Source of the DNA: Candidatus Melainabacteria bacterium
GTDB taxonomy: Bacteria > Cyanobacteriota > Vampirovibrionia > LMEP-6097
DNA length: 64,000 nt
Assembly: GCA_005110385.1 (NCBI GenBank)
Contig: DUDT01000006.1
Location: forward strand, 9,334 to 73,333
Direction of reading: 5' to 3'
Shown here piece by piece: positions 1 to 9,528 of this stretch. The notes beneath the pieces are model-generated. The model did not search any database and was not told the origin of the DNA. It was given only the letters and a program-made list of their open reading frames with translations. Both the position numbers and the translations under genes were made by a program. Positions within the stretch are counted from its first letter, which is position 1, and each line of letters opens with the position of its first letter.

Positions 1-2
1 CA

Positions 3-191
3 GAAAATGGTATGAGCGAGCAGGTTTTTTTAGCTAGGATGATTAATAATGAACTGCAAAGGCAAGTCCGCCTCTTAGATTTAGATTATAGGTCTAGTAG
101 AAGAATGCTGATTGAGCTTGCTGGACAGCAAGCTGTAGCCAATATAGATCCGATGATAGATGTGGAGATTCGTGAGATATATAATCTTTAA
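3..191 (+). CDS. 3' end of an unidentified gene truncated by the window edge
   Basis: Open frame from position 3 to TAA at 189-191 (...QQAVANIDPMIDVEIREIYNL*); no recognisable motif. Confidence 0.3.
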   Translation, partial: ENGMSEQVFLARMINNELQRQVRLLDLDYRSSRRMLIELAGQQAVANIDPMIDVEIREIYNL

Positions 192-242
192 AATCAATGA
201 TTTGAGGTATTTTTTGTGAAATTTTAGTAATATTATATTATC

Positions 243-1388
243 TTGAGCTCTGTTGTTGTTAATTCCAATAATAAACCTTGGACACTGGGAAAATATCTAG
301 CTGGATTGCGTTATGAGTATTTTAAATTAGGTAAGCGAAATCCTGAATTTGAGCAAGATGTAAGAGAAGCTTTGCCTGGCATAACGCGTGGGGACTTAGG
401 GCGATTGCGACAGGAATTAAGGGAGATGAGCAGGTCTCTAGGAATACCAGGAATTGAAGCTGAGGATCAGATTAGTTTGCGAGAGCTTCATCATCGATTC
501 TCTCATATCAAGCCTTACTTGCGGAGAGGAGGGGCGATGCTTGATCCGGAAATATCCGAAAGAGTAAAAAAATTTTGTAACTCGAATTCTCTTCCTCTTT
601 TAGGTTATCATGGTGGTGAAGTTCATGATTATGGTCATCTCCTAACGGGTTTTAAACCTTCTAAGCGAGGAGAAGCTCAGCAGGTTATTTTTGATATGTA
701 CTTCCAGCATATGCTCAGAGGTTTTATGGTAAACGACACTTTGGCTCTTTCTCTTCAGTCAAATTTCAAGCTTGCAAGGCTTGCTTCTCATTATATGTCA
801 TTAACTCATGATTCTAATACGCTGGCAGAAATGTGTAATGCCATAAATATCTCAAGTGAACTTCCCAGCTTGCCTAAATCAACTATTGATAAATTGTATA
901 AAGAATACGAACACACACATAAATTATACGAACAGGTGGTTAAAGTATTGTTTAATAAATGGACTTTCCCAAAGGGGTATGATATGAAGCTTGTTGATCA
1001 ATCACTTCAAAATATTCAAAGCTTTTTAAAGCGTAAAGAGTTCTTATCAAGCTCTGGGGAATTTCATCTGTTCACCTTGGAGGAACATTGGCTGAAGGAT
1101 GAGGAGGTCGAAGATATCACTAATTATGCTCAGTTCTGTGCTTTAAAATGTATGGGGCATTTGTCAGCTTTAAGTCCAGAAGAAAAAAATAAAACTATTC
1201 AGCAGGTTATGGATGAGAATGGTTATTTTAATATGGAATTATTAGAAAGGTCTACTGGATTGGGAACAGATAAAGAACTGAAATTACCAACATATGAAGA
1301 ATGGCGTAAGATGCTTTGTGATAAGCCAGAGATAAACTATAATGAGCTAATCACAAAAGCTACTCAGTCTATAAAAGCCAGGAGATAA
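243..1388 (+). CDS. Hypothetical protein with a Coq4-like HDxxH...E metal-binding motif
   Basis: 381-aa ORF with TTG start. Contains GEVHDYGHLLTGFKPSKRGE, which matches the HDxxH-x(10-11)-E signature of the Coq4 family; the rest is unrecognised. Confidence 0.6.
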   Translation: MSSVVVNSNNKPWTLGKYLAGLRYEYFKLGKRNPEFEQDVREALPGITRGDLGRLRQELREMSRSLGIPGIEAEDQISLRELHHRFSHIKPYLRRGGAMLDPEISERVKKFCNSNSLPLLGYHGGEVHDYGHLLTGFKPSKRGEAQQVIFDMYFQHMLRGFMVNDTLALSLQSNFKLARLASHYMSLTHDSNTLAEMCNAINISSELPSLPKSTIDKLYKEYEHTHKLYEQVVKVLFNKWTFPKGYDMKLVDQSLQNIQSFLKRKEFLSSSGEFHLFTLEEHWLKDEEVEDITNYAQFCALKCMGHLSALSPEEKNKTIQQVMDENGYFNMELLERSTGLGTDKELKLPTYEEWRKMLCDKPEINYNELITKATQSIKARR

Positions 1389-1392
1389 TTTT

Positions 1393-1959
1393 CTAAGAAC
1401 CTCTCACGAACTTCACATTCTGCTCGGTATTTTTAAGTAAATGCTGAAGCTCTAGTCCATTATTACTTAATTTAAAATATTCAGCGAAAGTTGAAGTCGT
1501 CGTAACTACGTTACTATTACCTTCTTTTTTTCTCTTTATTAGATTTAACTGTTCTAACTCTTTTAAATGCTCATAGACATTAGAACCGCGTAATTCCATA
1601 AGATCTTTCTGATATATAGGTTCTTTTAGGGCTATAGTCGAAAGCGTTCTCAGGCATGAGGTTTTGAGTTCAAAGTTTAAAATTTCATCACTAAGATCTG
1701 AATATTCATCCTTTACTCGCATAATATAACCCTTAGTCGTATCTATGGCAAGAGCAGTATCTTTAGTCTCATATTCAGATAAAAGCTGACTGATAGCTGA
1801 TCTTACAAGATTAGTATCCGTGCCTATACGCTCTGCGATTGCTTTTGAGGAGACTGGTTCGGTAGTTAGGAATAAAATCGCTTCTACCTTGTTACGAAGG
1901 TCTGAGGTATTTTTAATTTCCGCTGCTTCGTTAATAAGGGGTTCATCTTTCAGGTTCAT
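1393..1959 (-). CDS. scpB: Segregation and condensation protein B (ScpB)
   Basis: Last gene of the smc-scpA-scpB run. VEAILFLTTEPVSSKAIAERIG is the typical ScpB winged-helix N-terminus. I prefer the ATG at 1959 (MNLKDEP...) over the track start at 2019, which lies deep inside scpA. Confidence 0.8.
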   Translation of the reverse strand: MNLKDEPLINEAAEIKNTSDLRNKVEAILFLTTEPVSSKAIAERIGTDTNLVRSAISQLLSEYETKDTALAIDTTKGYIMRVKDEYSDLSDEILNFELKTSCLRTLSTIALKEPIYQKDLMELRGSNVYEHLKELEQLNLIKRKKEGNSNVVTTTSTFAEYFKLSNNGLELQHLLKNTEQNVKFVRGS

Positions 1960-2635
1960 ATAGCCACAGCTCCCCATAAAAATCCTGTTGGATAATTTTA
2001 ACGTTATTTTCATGTGCAAGGAAAAGCACTACTAGAAAGGCATTAGACCACGACTGCAAAAAACCACAAAGCCTAGAGAACTTAATACCATTACCATTTA
2101 GAAGATATTCTTTTAGATAGACTTTACTTTTATTTATAGCTTCCTCGATATTCTCTGCATGAGTGAGTTCTAGCATATCATCTGACTCTATCTCTGGCTC
2201 TATAAAAATATCCATATCCATGAATTGACTTAAGTCGAAGCTTCTTCTTTTTCTTTTCTCATCTTCTTCCTGAGCATCTTTCAGAGCTAAAAGCAGATCT
2301 TCTAACTTTATGGGGCGGTAGCGAGTCTTTTTACTTATATTTTTACGCACTATCGCTGTATCTAAGACTCCGAGCTGAATTTCCTGTAAATTAAAATCCA
2401 TGAGTTCTTGTTCTAGAAGGTAGTTTTCATCATCTTCTCTGCCAATATTCAGTGCTGAAGCAGCTTGCATCGAAAGAACATCACTTTTCATTCTAAGTAA
2501 AGTAGAGGCGAAGAATATAGCTTTGCCAGCTTCTTTTAAATTATTAGTGATGGAGCTTTGGATACGACTGAGGTATTTTTCTGTAACTATTTCTAGATCT
2601 ACATCCCACGGATCTATTTCACCATTCTGAGCCAT
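1943..2635 (-). CDS. scpA: Segregation and condensation protein A (kleisin ScpA); true start probably upstream of 2635
   Basis: Located between smc and scpB. EIDPWDVDLEIVTEKYL resembles the ScpA N-terminal helix. The conserved preceding segment (EEPSLEILVEMA) lies upstream of the first ATG; see finding. Confidence 0.8.
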   Translation of the reverse strand: MAQNGEIDPWDVDLEIVTEKYLSRIQSSITNNLKEAGKAIFFASTLLRMKSDVLSMQAASALNIGREDDENYLLEQELMDFNLQEIQLGVLDTAIVRKNISKKTRYRPIKLEDLLLALKDAQEEDEKRKRRSFDLSQFMDMDIFIEPEIESDDMLELTHAENIEEAINKSKVYLKEYLLNGNGIKFSRLCGFLQSWSNAFLVVLFLAHENNVKIIQQDFYGELWLYEPER

Positions 2636-2727
2636 TTCTACTAAGATTTCTAGGCTTGGCTCCTCTGCACTTAACTCCTTGAGCTTTCCAAGCGAATCTT
2701 GCTGAGTCCCATATTCTTTACTAGTCT

Positions 2728-5700
2728 CTATGCTACTAATTCTTTTTCCTCTTTTTGGATATTTTGCATGCCGATTACAGTGCTAAAGCCTTTTTTGTTA
2801 AGTGAAACACCGATGGCTCTATCTGATTTTTCTAACATTGGGCGTCTGTGGCTGACTACTAAGAACTGAGTGTCTTTAGCGTTGCTTTGGATTTTTTCAG
2901 CAAGTCTATCTACGTTTACTCCATCTAGAGCTGAGTCTACTTCGTCGAAAGCATAGAATGGTGCTGGATTGCACTGCTGGAGAGCGAATAGAAAGCTTAA
3001 AGCTGTAAGGGATTTTTCCCCACCACTCATGGCTTCTAGTCTCTGCATCTTTTTACCTCTAGGTTGCGCTTTAATAATTAGACCGCCATTGAAAATTTCT
3101 TCTGGATCTTCAAGAATAAGCTGCCCTTGCCCGAAGGAGAGATTCGCGAAAATATCCATAAAGTAACCATTAATTTCTTCGAAGTTCGCTTTAAAGGCTG
3201 TTAGCTTCTGCTCTTTATAGCTATCCGCTTTATTGATGAGCATAGTGCGCTCTTCAGCTAGTGAGTGCTGTTTATTCTCGATTTCAGTTTCACGGCTTTT
3301 AACTTCTTCATATTCTTCTATAGCCCTCATATTGATTGGCTCCATCGCTGTCATGTCTCTTTCGATTTTATTTAACTGTTTCTGCAAAGCCTGTAAATCT
3401 TCTTCACTAAGCTCTTCCGGGATATTCTCTTCTGTCTGTGAATCCATTTGAGCTTGCCACTCTGTTTCTAGTTGCTCAAGGTGAAGTTTAATTTCGGTAG
3501 ATTTTTTACGGGATTCTACTAATTTAATTGCTGTAGATTCTATTAAACTAGTTATTTCACCTTTTCTTTGAGTAAGTCTAAGTAGCTCATCTGAAAAGAC
3601 TTTACGTTGTTCGCTTAAATCAGCGATGCTTAATTTTATGCTATCTATTTCACTCTGGATAACAGATATTTCTTTAAAGAGTTTTTCCTTATTTGCTTGG
3701 TGAACAGGTACTCCTGCTTTTAGCTTTTCTAGTTCAGTATTAGCTGTTTCCAGTCTGAGGCTAGATTTAAGGATATTTTCTTCATTATATTTCTGCTCTA
3801 TCTCTAAGCGGCTCTCTTCATTAATAAGATTACTAAGCATGGTCTGGTAACGCTTAATCTCGATTTCTACTTCTCTCGACTCTTCCATTAAAGCTCCAAG
3901 ACCAGTGTCTTTTAAAACGTCCGCTATCTCCTCCATGCTCTTATTGAGTAATTCGATTTTAGTTTCTTCGCTGCTGATAGATTTATCTATGGTTTCTATC
4001 TTTAGTTCTATCTCATTGAGTTCTGTAGCGAATTTGGTGAGGCTGGCTTTTTCTTTTTCATAGCGATTTCTATTATTTTCTAATTGAACCGAATGTATAT
4101 TTGAACTTGCTGATTTTTCGCTGAAATCGGCTCTGAGAGACTCTACTTTTAAACGAGCTTCTTCTATCTGTTTTTCAAGCTCTTTATGTTCCTGTCCTAA
4201 CTGTGTAATGAAGTTCTGTAAATCAATGCGAGAATTTTCTAGTTTTTGTTTTTCGTGAGCACTATTCGCACCAAAGTGTACACTACTTTTTAAAGCTGAG
4301 CCGCCAGACATAGCTCCACTTCGCTCGACGATATCACCGTCTAAGGTAACCATGCGATATCTACCGATGAGTTTTCGTGCGATTTCTATATTCTTGACTA
4401 CTAAAGTATTTGAGAAGGCATAGGCGAAGGCATCTTTATATTCAGCTTTAAAACTTACTAGATTTATCGCCCAGTTAATAATCCCTGGCATGGTCGGTGT
4501 CGGTAAATCCTGAGCGGCACTGAGTTTATTTAGAGGTAAGAAAGTAGCTCTGCCAAGGTTATTCTGCCTAAGGAAATTTATACAGTCTTGCCCGACATAG
4601 TCGTCGTCTACAACTACGCTTCGGAGCCTAGCTCCGGCAGAAGTTTCTAGTGCCATTTTATATTCATCTTCCACTACGCCTAGTTGGGCTAATGTTCCAT
4701 GAACACCATCTATATTTAACACTGCTTCTACCGCTTTACCATAGCCTGCGGCGTTCGCTGCAAGCTCTTGACCTTCGATTTGGTTTAACTGTTTTTCTAT
4801 TTTCTTTAATTTATCTTGCTGCTTATAGATTTCTTCTTGCGTGTCACGTTGCTCGTCTTTTAAAGCTTGTATACTGCGGCTTTGAAAGGCTATTTGCTCT
4901 TTCAGTGCATCTAAATTTAGGTTGCTTGAACCAGTTTGTGAGCTTTCTATATTTTGAATTTCGTTTAAAGCTTTAGCAGCCTCTTCTTTATGAAATTCTA
5001 TTCTCTCGGTATGTGATTTTTTTTGCTCTTCTAATCTTGCTTTTTCCTGATCTAATTTACTTTTTTCTTCTTTAATCTCACTGATTTTATTCTGCACATC
5101 AGCTAAACTCTTGTTGCTGACATCGTTATTTAAACTTATATTTTTTATTTCATTTTGAATTTTTTCGTAATTTTTTTGTTCAGTTTCTATATTTGTTTCT
5201 ATATTTTGTTTTTCACTCTTAAATTCCTCCGCTTTAAAAGTGAAATCTTTAATTTTATCTTTTAAAGACTTAATCTCGCGAGTGATGTTTTTAGTTTCAG
5301 TTTCGTAGTCATTGATTTGTTTTTCTAAAAACTCTAGAGTACTTTCTTCACGAGTAAGAGTACTTTGCAATTGTTCCTTTTTCTCACCTAATTCTCTTTG
5401 CTTGCCTTCACCTAATCTTTCTATTTCTTGGTTTAAAGTCTGTAAATCTTCTTGGTTGTTCTGTATTTTAAGATTAACTTCGATATTTTCATCTCGCAGA
5501 GAGACTTTCTGTAAATCTAAATCATTAATTAAGCTTAGAGAGTCTAGATACTGTTTTTCTACTTGTTTTTTACGTATCCCTAAAAATTTTCTTTCCAAGT
5601 CTGCTCTTTGTTTTTTGAGTTCGGCATATTTAACAGCTTGGTCTCTGTCTTTACGAAGCTGTTCTAGTCTGGATTTTAGTTCAGTAAGTATAATCTCTTG

Positions 5701-6252
5701 GCTTTCTATTCTTTCGTAGACTATGGCTAATTCTTTAGCAGACATTTCTATCTTCCTGTCGAATTCAGCGACACCAGCTATTTCGTCAATGATTTTTCTT
5801 CTATCTACCGGAGACATGCTGATAATTGAAGCTACATCACCCTGCATAACTACATTAAAGCCTTTAGGGCTAATATTAAAATCTGCAAGCTTGTCATGGA
5901 TTTGAGTTAAAGTAGCTGGACTGTCATTGAGGGAGTATTTACTGTCGTAAGTATCACCTTTGACTCGAATCCGTCTCTGTATAATGATTTCAACACCACT
6001 ATTCTCATCTTTAAAAGTCACTCTTACAGAACATTCTTTTTTACCACTTATATTATTCAGCAGGTCGCTAAGCTTCTCTGCACGCATATTACGCGTAGTC
6101 GTTAAACCAAGGGCGAACATTAAAGAATCTATAACATTGGATTTCCCTGAGCCGTTAGGACCTGAGACGGTGGTGAAACCATCTAAGATAGGAAGAACTG
6201 TTTTTTCCCCAAAACTTTTAAAATTATCAAGCTCTATTTCTTTGATTCGCAT
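2728..6252 (-). CDS. smc: Chromosome partition protein SMC
   Basis: 1174 aa. Has Walker A GPNGSGKSN, long coiled coils, a hinge, signature LSGGEKSLTALSFLFAL and Walker B FYAFDEVDSALD. Confidence 0.95.
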   Translation of the reverse strand: MRIKEIELDNFKSFGEKTVLPILDGFTTVSGPNGSGKSNVIDSLMFALGLTTTRNMRAEKLSDLLNNISGKKECSVRVTFKDENSGVEIIIQRRIRVKGDTYDSKYSLNDSPATLTQIHDKLADFNISPKGFNVVMQGDVASIISMSPVDRRKIIDEIAGVAEFDRKIEMSAKELAIVYERIESQEIILTELKSRLEQLRKDRDQAVKYAELKKQRADLERKFLGIRKKQVEKQYLDSLSLINDLDLQKVSLRDENIEVNLKIQNNQEDLQTLNQEIERLGEGKQRELGEKKEQLQSTLTREESTLEFLEKQINDYETETKNITREIKSLKDKIKDFTFKAEEFKSEKQNIETNIETEQKNYEKIQNEIKNISLNNDVSNKSLADVQNKISEIKEEKSKLDQEKARLEEQKKSHTERIEFHKEEAAKALNEIQNIESSQTGSSNLNLDALKEQIAFQSRSIQALKDEQRDTQEEIYKQQDKLKKIEKQLNQIEGQELAANAAGYGKAVEAVLNIDGVHGTLAQLGVVEDEYKMALETSAGARLRSVVVDDDYVGQDCINFLRQNNLGRATFLPLNKLSAAQDLPTPTMPGIINWAINLVSFKAEYKDAFAYAFSNTLVVKNIEIARKLIGRYRMVTLDGDIVERSGAMSGGSALKSSVHFGANSAHEKQKLENSRIDLQNFITQLGQEHKELEKQIEEARLKVESLRADFSEKSASSNIHSVQLENNRNRYEKEKASLTKFATELNEIELKIETIDKSISSEETKIELLNKSMEEIADVLKDTGLGALMEESREVEIEIKRYQTMLSNLINEESRLEIEQKYNEENILKSSLRLETANTELEKLKAGVPVHQANKEKLFKEISVIQSEIDSIKLSIADLSEQRKVFSDELLRLTQRKGEITSLIESTAIKLVESRKKSTEIKLHLEQLETEWQAQMDSQTEENIPEELSEEDLQALQKQLNKIERDMTAMEPINMRAIEEYEEVKSRETEIENKQHSLAEERTMLINKADSYKEQKLTAFKANFEEINGYFMDIFANLSFGQGQLILEDPEEIFNGGLIIKAQPRGKKMQRLEAMSGGEKSLTALSFLFALQQCNPAPFYAFDEVDSALDGVNVDRLAEKIQSNAKDTQFLVVSHRRPMLEKSDRAIGVSLNKKGFSTVIGMQNIQKEEKELVA

Positions 6253-6444
6253 TAAGCACTATTATGTTAATGGTAACGATTTATCTATTATATATTGATA
6301 AGTCTATATGGGCTAGCCCTTTTTTGCCTCTATCTTACTTATCCCTTATACTATTGATATATCCTAATTAATAAGCAGGGTTCTAGATTAGTTTAAGGAC
6401 TGCTTATAAACGTGCAAGTTCAAGTCTAGTGAGGAGATCATTTT

Positions 6445-8055
6445 CTGCAAAGAGTACTTAAAGCTGAAGAAATAAAAAATATAGACGAAGTCGCTGTCGC
6501 TGAGCAGGGAATCTTCTATATGCAGAGAGCTGCTCAGGGGCTTTTTAAGTTGATAGTTGGGCTGATCGAAAAAAATCATCAGAATTTTCTTTTAAGTTTT
6601 CCGAGAATAACAGTTTTTGCAGGTAAGGGAAATAATGGCGGAGATGGTATTCTGCTTGCAGCAGAGTTACTAAAGCACGATTATAAAGTGAAATGCTATT
6701 CTACTGCTCACCCTAGCGAGTATCAAGGTGAATCAGCTCTTGCTTACCAGCTTTTCTTGCAGGCTGGTGGAAAGCTTGATGTGATTCATAATGACGCAGA
6801 TGTATTATCTGTAAAACATTTTCTTTTAAAGCAGGTAAATGGTATTTGGGTTGATGCATTGCTTGGAATTGGCTCTAGGGGTGCGGCTCACGGCATTTGT
6901 GCAAAGTTAATTGAGGTTATAAATTCTACTAAAGTGCAGAGTAAATCACTCTGTGTGTCTGTTGATATCCCATCTGGAATTGATGTTGATAGTGGTGAAA
7001 TGTTTGAACCTTCTATTAATGCTGATTATACGGTGCAGATGGGCTTCTCTAAAATATCTTCACTGTTTTATCCTGCGAAAACCAAGTATGGGCAGATAGT
7101 TTTTCAAGAATTAAAGTATCCTGTAGATTTGATTTCCCGCTCATCTTCTGTAAGGATTTTTTCAGTAGATCTTTCTATGGTTAAATCTCTTATTCCAGAA
7201 AGGAAAATAACTGGTTCTAAATTTGATCACGGCGTTGGGATGCTTTTAGCTGGTTCCTATGGTATGAGTGGAGCTGCGATGCTTTCTGGGAGTGCTGCTA
7301 TGCGTTCGGGGCTTGGTTTACTGCATGTTTTTAGCTATGAAGCTGTTTTACCAGTAATCGCAGCTAATCTCTGGGATGCTGTTTTGCACCCGATTATAGA
7401 GAATGCGAAAGCTAATATTGATTATATAAAAGATTTTCTTGTATCTCGGAAGATAGATGCTTTAGCCTTAGGTCCTGGTTTGTCGACGAATGCTAAAAGT
7501 ATTAGTCTTGTGAAGAATATTCTTGAATTGATGACTATGATTGACTCTAAACCATTAATTTTAGACGCTGATGCGATTAATGCTTTTGTGGGTTCTGCTG
7601 ATCTTCTAAAAGCTTATTCTGGTGAGCTTTTGATAACGCCGCATGCTAAAGAATTTTCTAGATTATTTCAAGAAGATATTTCAGAATATGCTCCTTATGA
7701 TAAGGCTAAATTTTTGAGTGAAACGGCTAAAAAGTATTCCTTGAATATACTCTATAAAGGAGCTCCTACTTACGTTGCTCGCAGTAGTGGTGAGGTATAC
7801 ATAGTTCCGACAGGATGTTCAGCCCTTGCTAAAGCTGGTTCTGGTGACGTTTTAACCGGTTTGATTCTTTCTTTTACGGTTCAAGGATTAGAACTGTATC
7901 AGGCAGCAATTCTTGCTGCTTATGTTCATAATCTCATGGGTTTACTAGCCGCAGAAAAGGATTCGGAGTATTCAGTTTTAGCTAGTGATTTGATTAAATA
8001 CATTGGTATGGCGATAGAAATTTTAAAACAGGATGATATGAGAAATTCTTTGTGA
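6445..8055 (+). CDS. nnr: Bifunctional NAD(P)H-hydrate repair enzyme (epimerase/ADP-dependent dehydratase)
   Basis: YjeF_N-like GKGNNGGDG and a C-terminal carbohydrate-kinase-like GSGDVLTG. The track start is ATG 6520, but the conserved N-terminus (LKAEEIKNIDEVAVAEQGI) is upstream. A CTG at 6445 lies 8 nt after GAGGAG, so the start is uncertain. Confidence 0.85.
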   Translation: MQRVLKAEEIKNIDEVAVAEQGIFYMQRAAQGLFKLIVGLIEKNHQNFLLSFPRITVFAGKGNNGGDGILLAAELLKHDYKVKCYSTAHPSEYQGESALAYQLFLQAGGKLDVIHNDADVLSVKHFLLKQVNGIWVDALLGIGSRGAAHGICAKLIEVINSTKVQSKSLCVSVDIPSGIDVDSGEMFEPSINADYTVQMGFSKISSLFYPAKTKYGQIVFQELKYPVDLISRSSSVRIFSVDLSMVKSLIPERKITGSKFDHGVGMLLAGSYGMSGAAMLSGSAAMRSGLGLLHVFSYEAVLPVIAANLWDAVLHPIIENAKANIDYIKDFLVSRKIDALALGPGLSTNAKSISLVKNILELMTMIDSKPLILDADAINAFVGSADLLKAYSGELLITPHAKEFSRLFQEDISEYAPYDKAKFLSETAKKYSLNILYKGAPTYVARSSGEVYIVPTGCSALAKAGSGDVLTGLILSFTVQGLELYQAAILAAYVHNLMGLLAAEKDSEYSVLASDLIKYIGMAIEILKQDDMRNSL

Positions 8056-8106
8056 TAAGCCATCTATATATTCCTTAAAATAAATCATTTTTAATTTAAA
8101 AAGATA

Positions 8107-8134
8107 TTTACAAAAAAGACAATCATGCTACACT
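8107..8134 (+). promoter_or_regulatory. Candidate sigma-70 promoter upstream of recA
   Basis: TTTACA (8107-8112), a 16-nt spacer, then TACACT (8129-8134), about 80 nt upstream of the recA ATG. This is a consensus match only. Confidence 0.25.
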
Positions 8135-8216
8135 TACAAGCATAAGAGGGTGGATCCCTGAATTTCTCGAATACTTTACCCAAGTGTATTAGGATCTAGT
8201 CTCGAAGGAGATAAAC

Positions 8217-9326
8217 ATGGCAAAAGAAAAAAATATCGGAGTTGAACTAAAGGATAAGCAGGCTAAATTGACTGCTTTAGGTACAGCTCTTGGGCAGATA
8301 GAAAAGAGTTTTGGTAAGGGAGCCGTAATGAGATTAGGTGATAAGCCTGCGGTTAATTTAGATGTAATCCCTACAGGTACATTAAGCTTAGATTTAGCTT
8401 TGGGCGTTTTCGGTATACCAAAGGGGCGTATTATAGAAATATATGGTCCAGAGTCTTCTGGTAAAACTACCCTTGCGATGAGTATCTGTGCGCAAGCTCA
8501 GAAATTAGGTGGTGTTGCGGCTATCGTTGATGCGGAGCATGCTTTAGATCCAGTTTATGCTAAAGCTATTGGTGTGAATACTGATGATCTACTTGTAGCT
8601 CAGCCAGATACTGGTGAGCAGGCTTTGGAAATTACTGAACAATTAGTGAGATCATCGGCTGTGGATATAGTAGTTATTGACTCTGTCGCAGCATTAGTAC
8701 CTCGTGCTGAGATCGAAGGTGAAATGGGAGATCAGTTACCCGGGCTCCAAGCTAGGCTTATGTCTCAGGCTTTACGTAAGCTTACGGCTATTTCTGCGAA
8801 AACTAATACTACTGTGATTTTCATTAACCAGTTACGTCATAAAATTGGTGTAATGTATGGTTCACCTGAAACTACTACTGGTGGAAATTCTTTGAAATTC
8901 TATTCCAGTGTGAGGTTGGATATTCGTAGAATTGAAAGCTTGAAGAAGGATGGAGATTTTTATGGAAACAGGGTTAGAGTGAAAGTTGTGAAAAATAAAG
9001 TAGCGCCACCGTTTAAGCAGGCTGAGTTTGACATACTGTTCGGTATCGGTATAGATTCTAATGGCTGTATCTTTGATACAGCGGTAGATATGAATATCGT
9101 TAATAAGGCTGGTGCTTGGTATAGTTATAAGGATGATAAGCTAGCTCAAGGTAGAGAGAATTCCATAGAATTCTTGAAAGCTAATCCACTATTGTTAAAA
9201 GAAATAGGTGATAGAGTCCAAAACGAAATTAGCCTTATGAGTAAAGAGGTTAAGGCTACTAGATCTTTTGATGATGAAGGTGTTGAGGCTGGAATGCCTG
9301 TTGAAGATGATGAATTATTAGTTTAA
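8217..9326 (+). CDS. recA: Recombinase RecA
   Basis: [12 protein letters not shown] Walker A, the L1/L2 region, typical full-length architecture, and a strong GAAGGAG SD. Confidence 0.97.
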   Translation: MAKEKNIGVELKDKQAKLTALGTALGQIEKSFGKGAVMRLGDKPAVNLDVIPTGTLSLDLALGVFGIPKGRIIEIYGPESSGKTTLAMSICAQAQKLGGVAAIVDAEHALDPVYAKAIGVNTDDLLVAQPDTGEQALEITEQLVRSSAVDIVVIDSVAALVPRAEIEGEMGDQLPGLQARLMSQALRKLTAISAKTNTTVIFINQLRHKIGVMYGSPETTTGGNSLKFYSSVRLDIRRIESLKKDGDFYGNRVRVKVVKNKVAPPFKQAEFDILFGIGIDSNGCIFDTAVDMNIVNKAGAWYSYKDDKLAQGRENSIEFLKANPLLLKEIGDRVQNEISLMSKEVKATRSFDDEGVEAGMPVEDDELLV

Positions 9327-9401
9327 TTCTTGATTCAGTAAATAATAGAAAACGATTATGGGATCTATGCTTCTAGCTTCAAAGTATAGATTCCATAATT
9401 T
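9326..9401 (+). repeat. 76-bp direct repeat, copy 1 (duplicate of the 3' end of the M23-peptidase gene)
   Basis: Identical to 10756-10831 except for one position (9343 T vs 10773 G), by manual alignment. Confidence 0.9.
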
Positions 9402-9528
9402 ATTTTTTTGCATTACTAAAACATAGAAAAGGGACTTGTGTCCTATCCTTTTAAAAGTATCGATTCACGACCTTCGGTATAGAATGGTAAAAAAATGACG
9501 ATTCTATAGTGTGTGATAGTATTGGTTT

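Noticed and set aside
2636-2730. SMC-ScpA fusion by read-through of the smc TAG
   Set aside because: On recounting, the smc stop (2728-2730) is not in the scpA frame; the frames differ by one. Read-through would not join them, so a non-canonical start is the simpler explanation.
2969-6298. Six plus-strand ORFs of 60-135 aa inside smc (2969..3166, 3233..3451, 4650..4976, 5312..5719, 5723..5905, 5960..6298)
   Set aside because: All lie antisense to the well-supported smc gene. Their Ser/Leu/Phe/Cys-rich low-complexity translations are what the reverse complement of K/E/L-rich coiled-coil codons produces. No starts with an SD were seen.
6388-6579. 63-aa minus-strand ORF across the smc/nnr intergenic region
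   Set aside because: It overlaps the nnr N-terminal coding region and the promoter/motif region. The peptide is implausible and there is no SD.
8140-8216. LexA/SOS box upstream of recA
   Set aside because: Only an imperfect palindrome (AATACTTTACCCAAGTGTATT) is present. It matches none of the SOS-box consensus types I know (CTGT-N8-ACAG, GAAC-N4-GTTC, TTAC-N3-GTAA) well enough to call.
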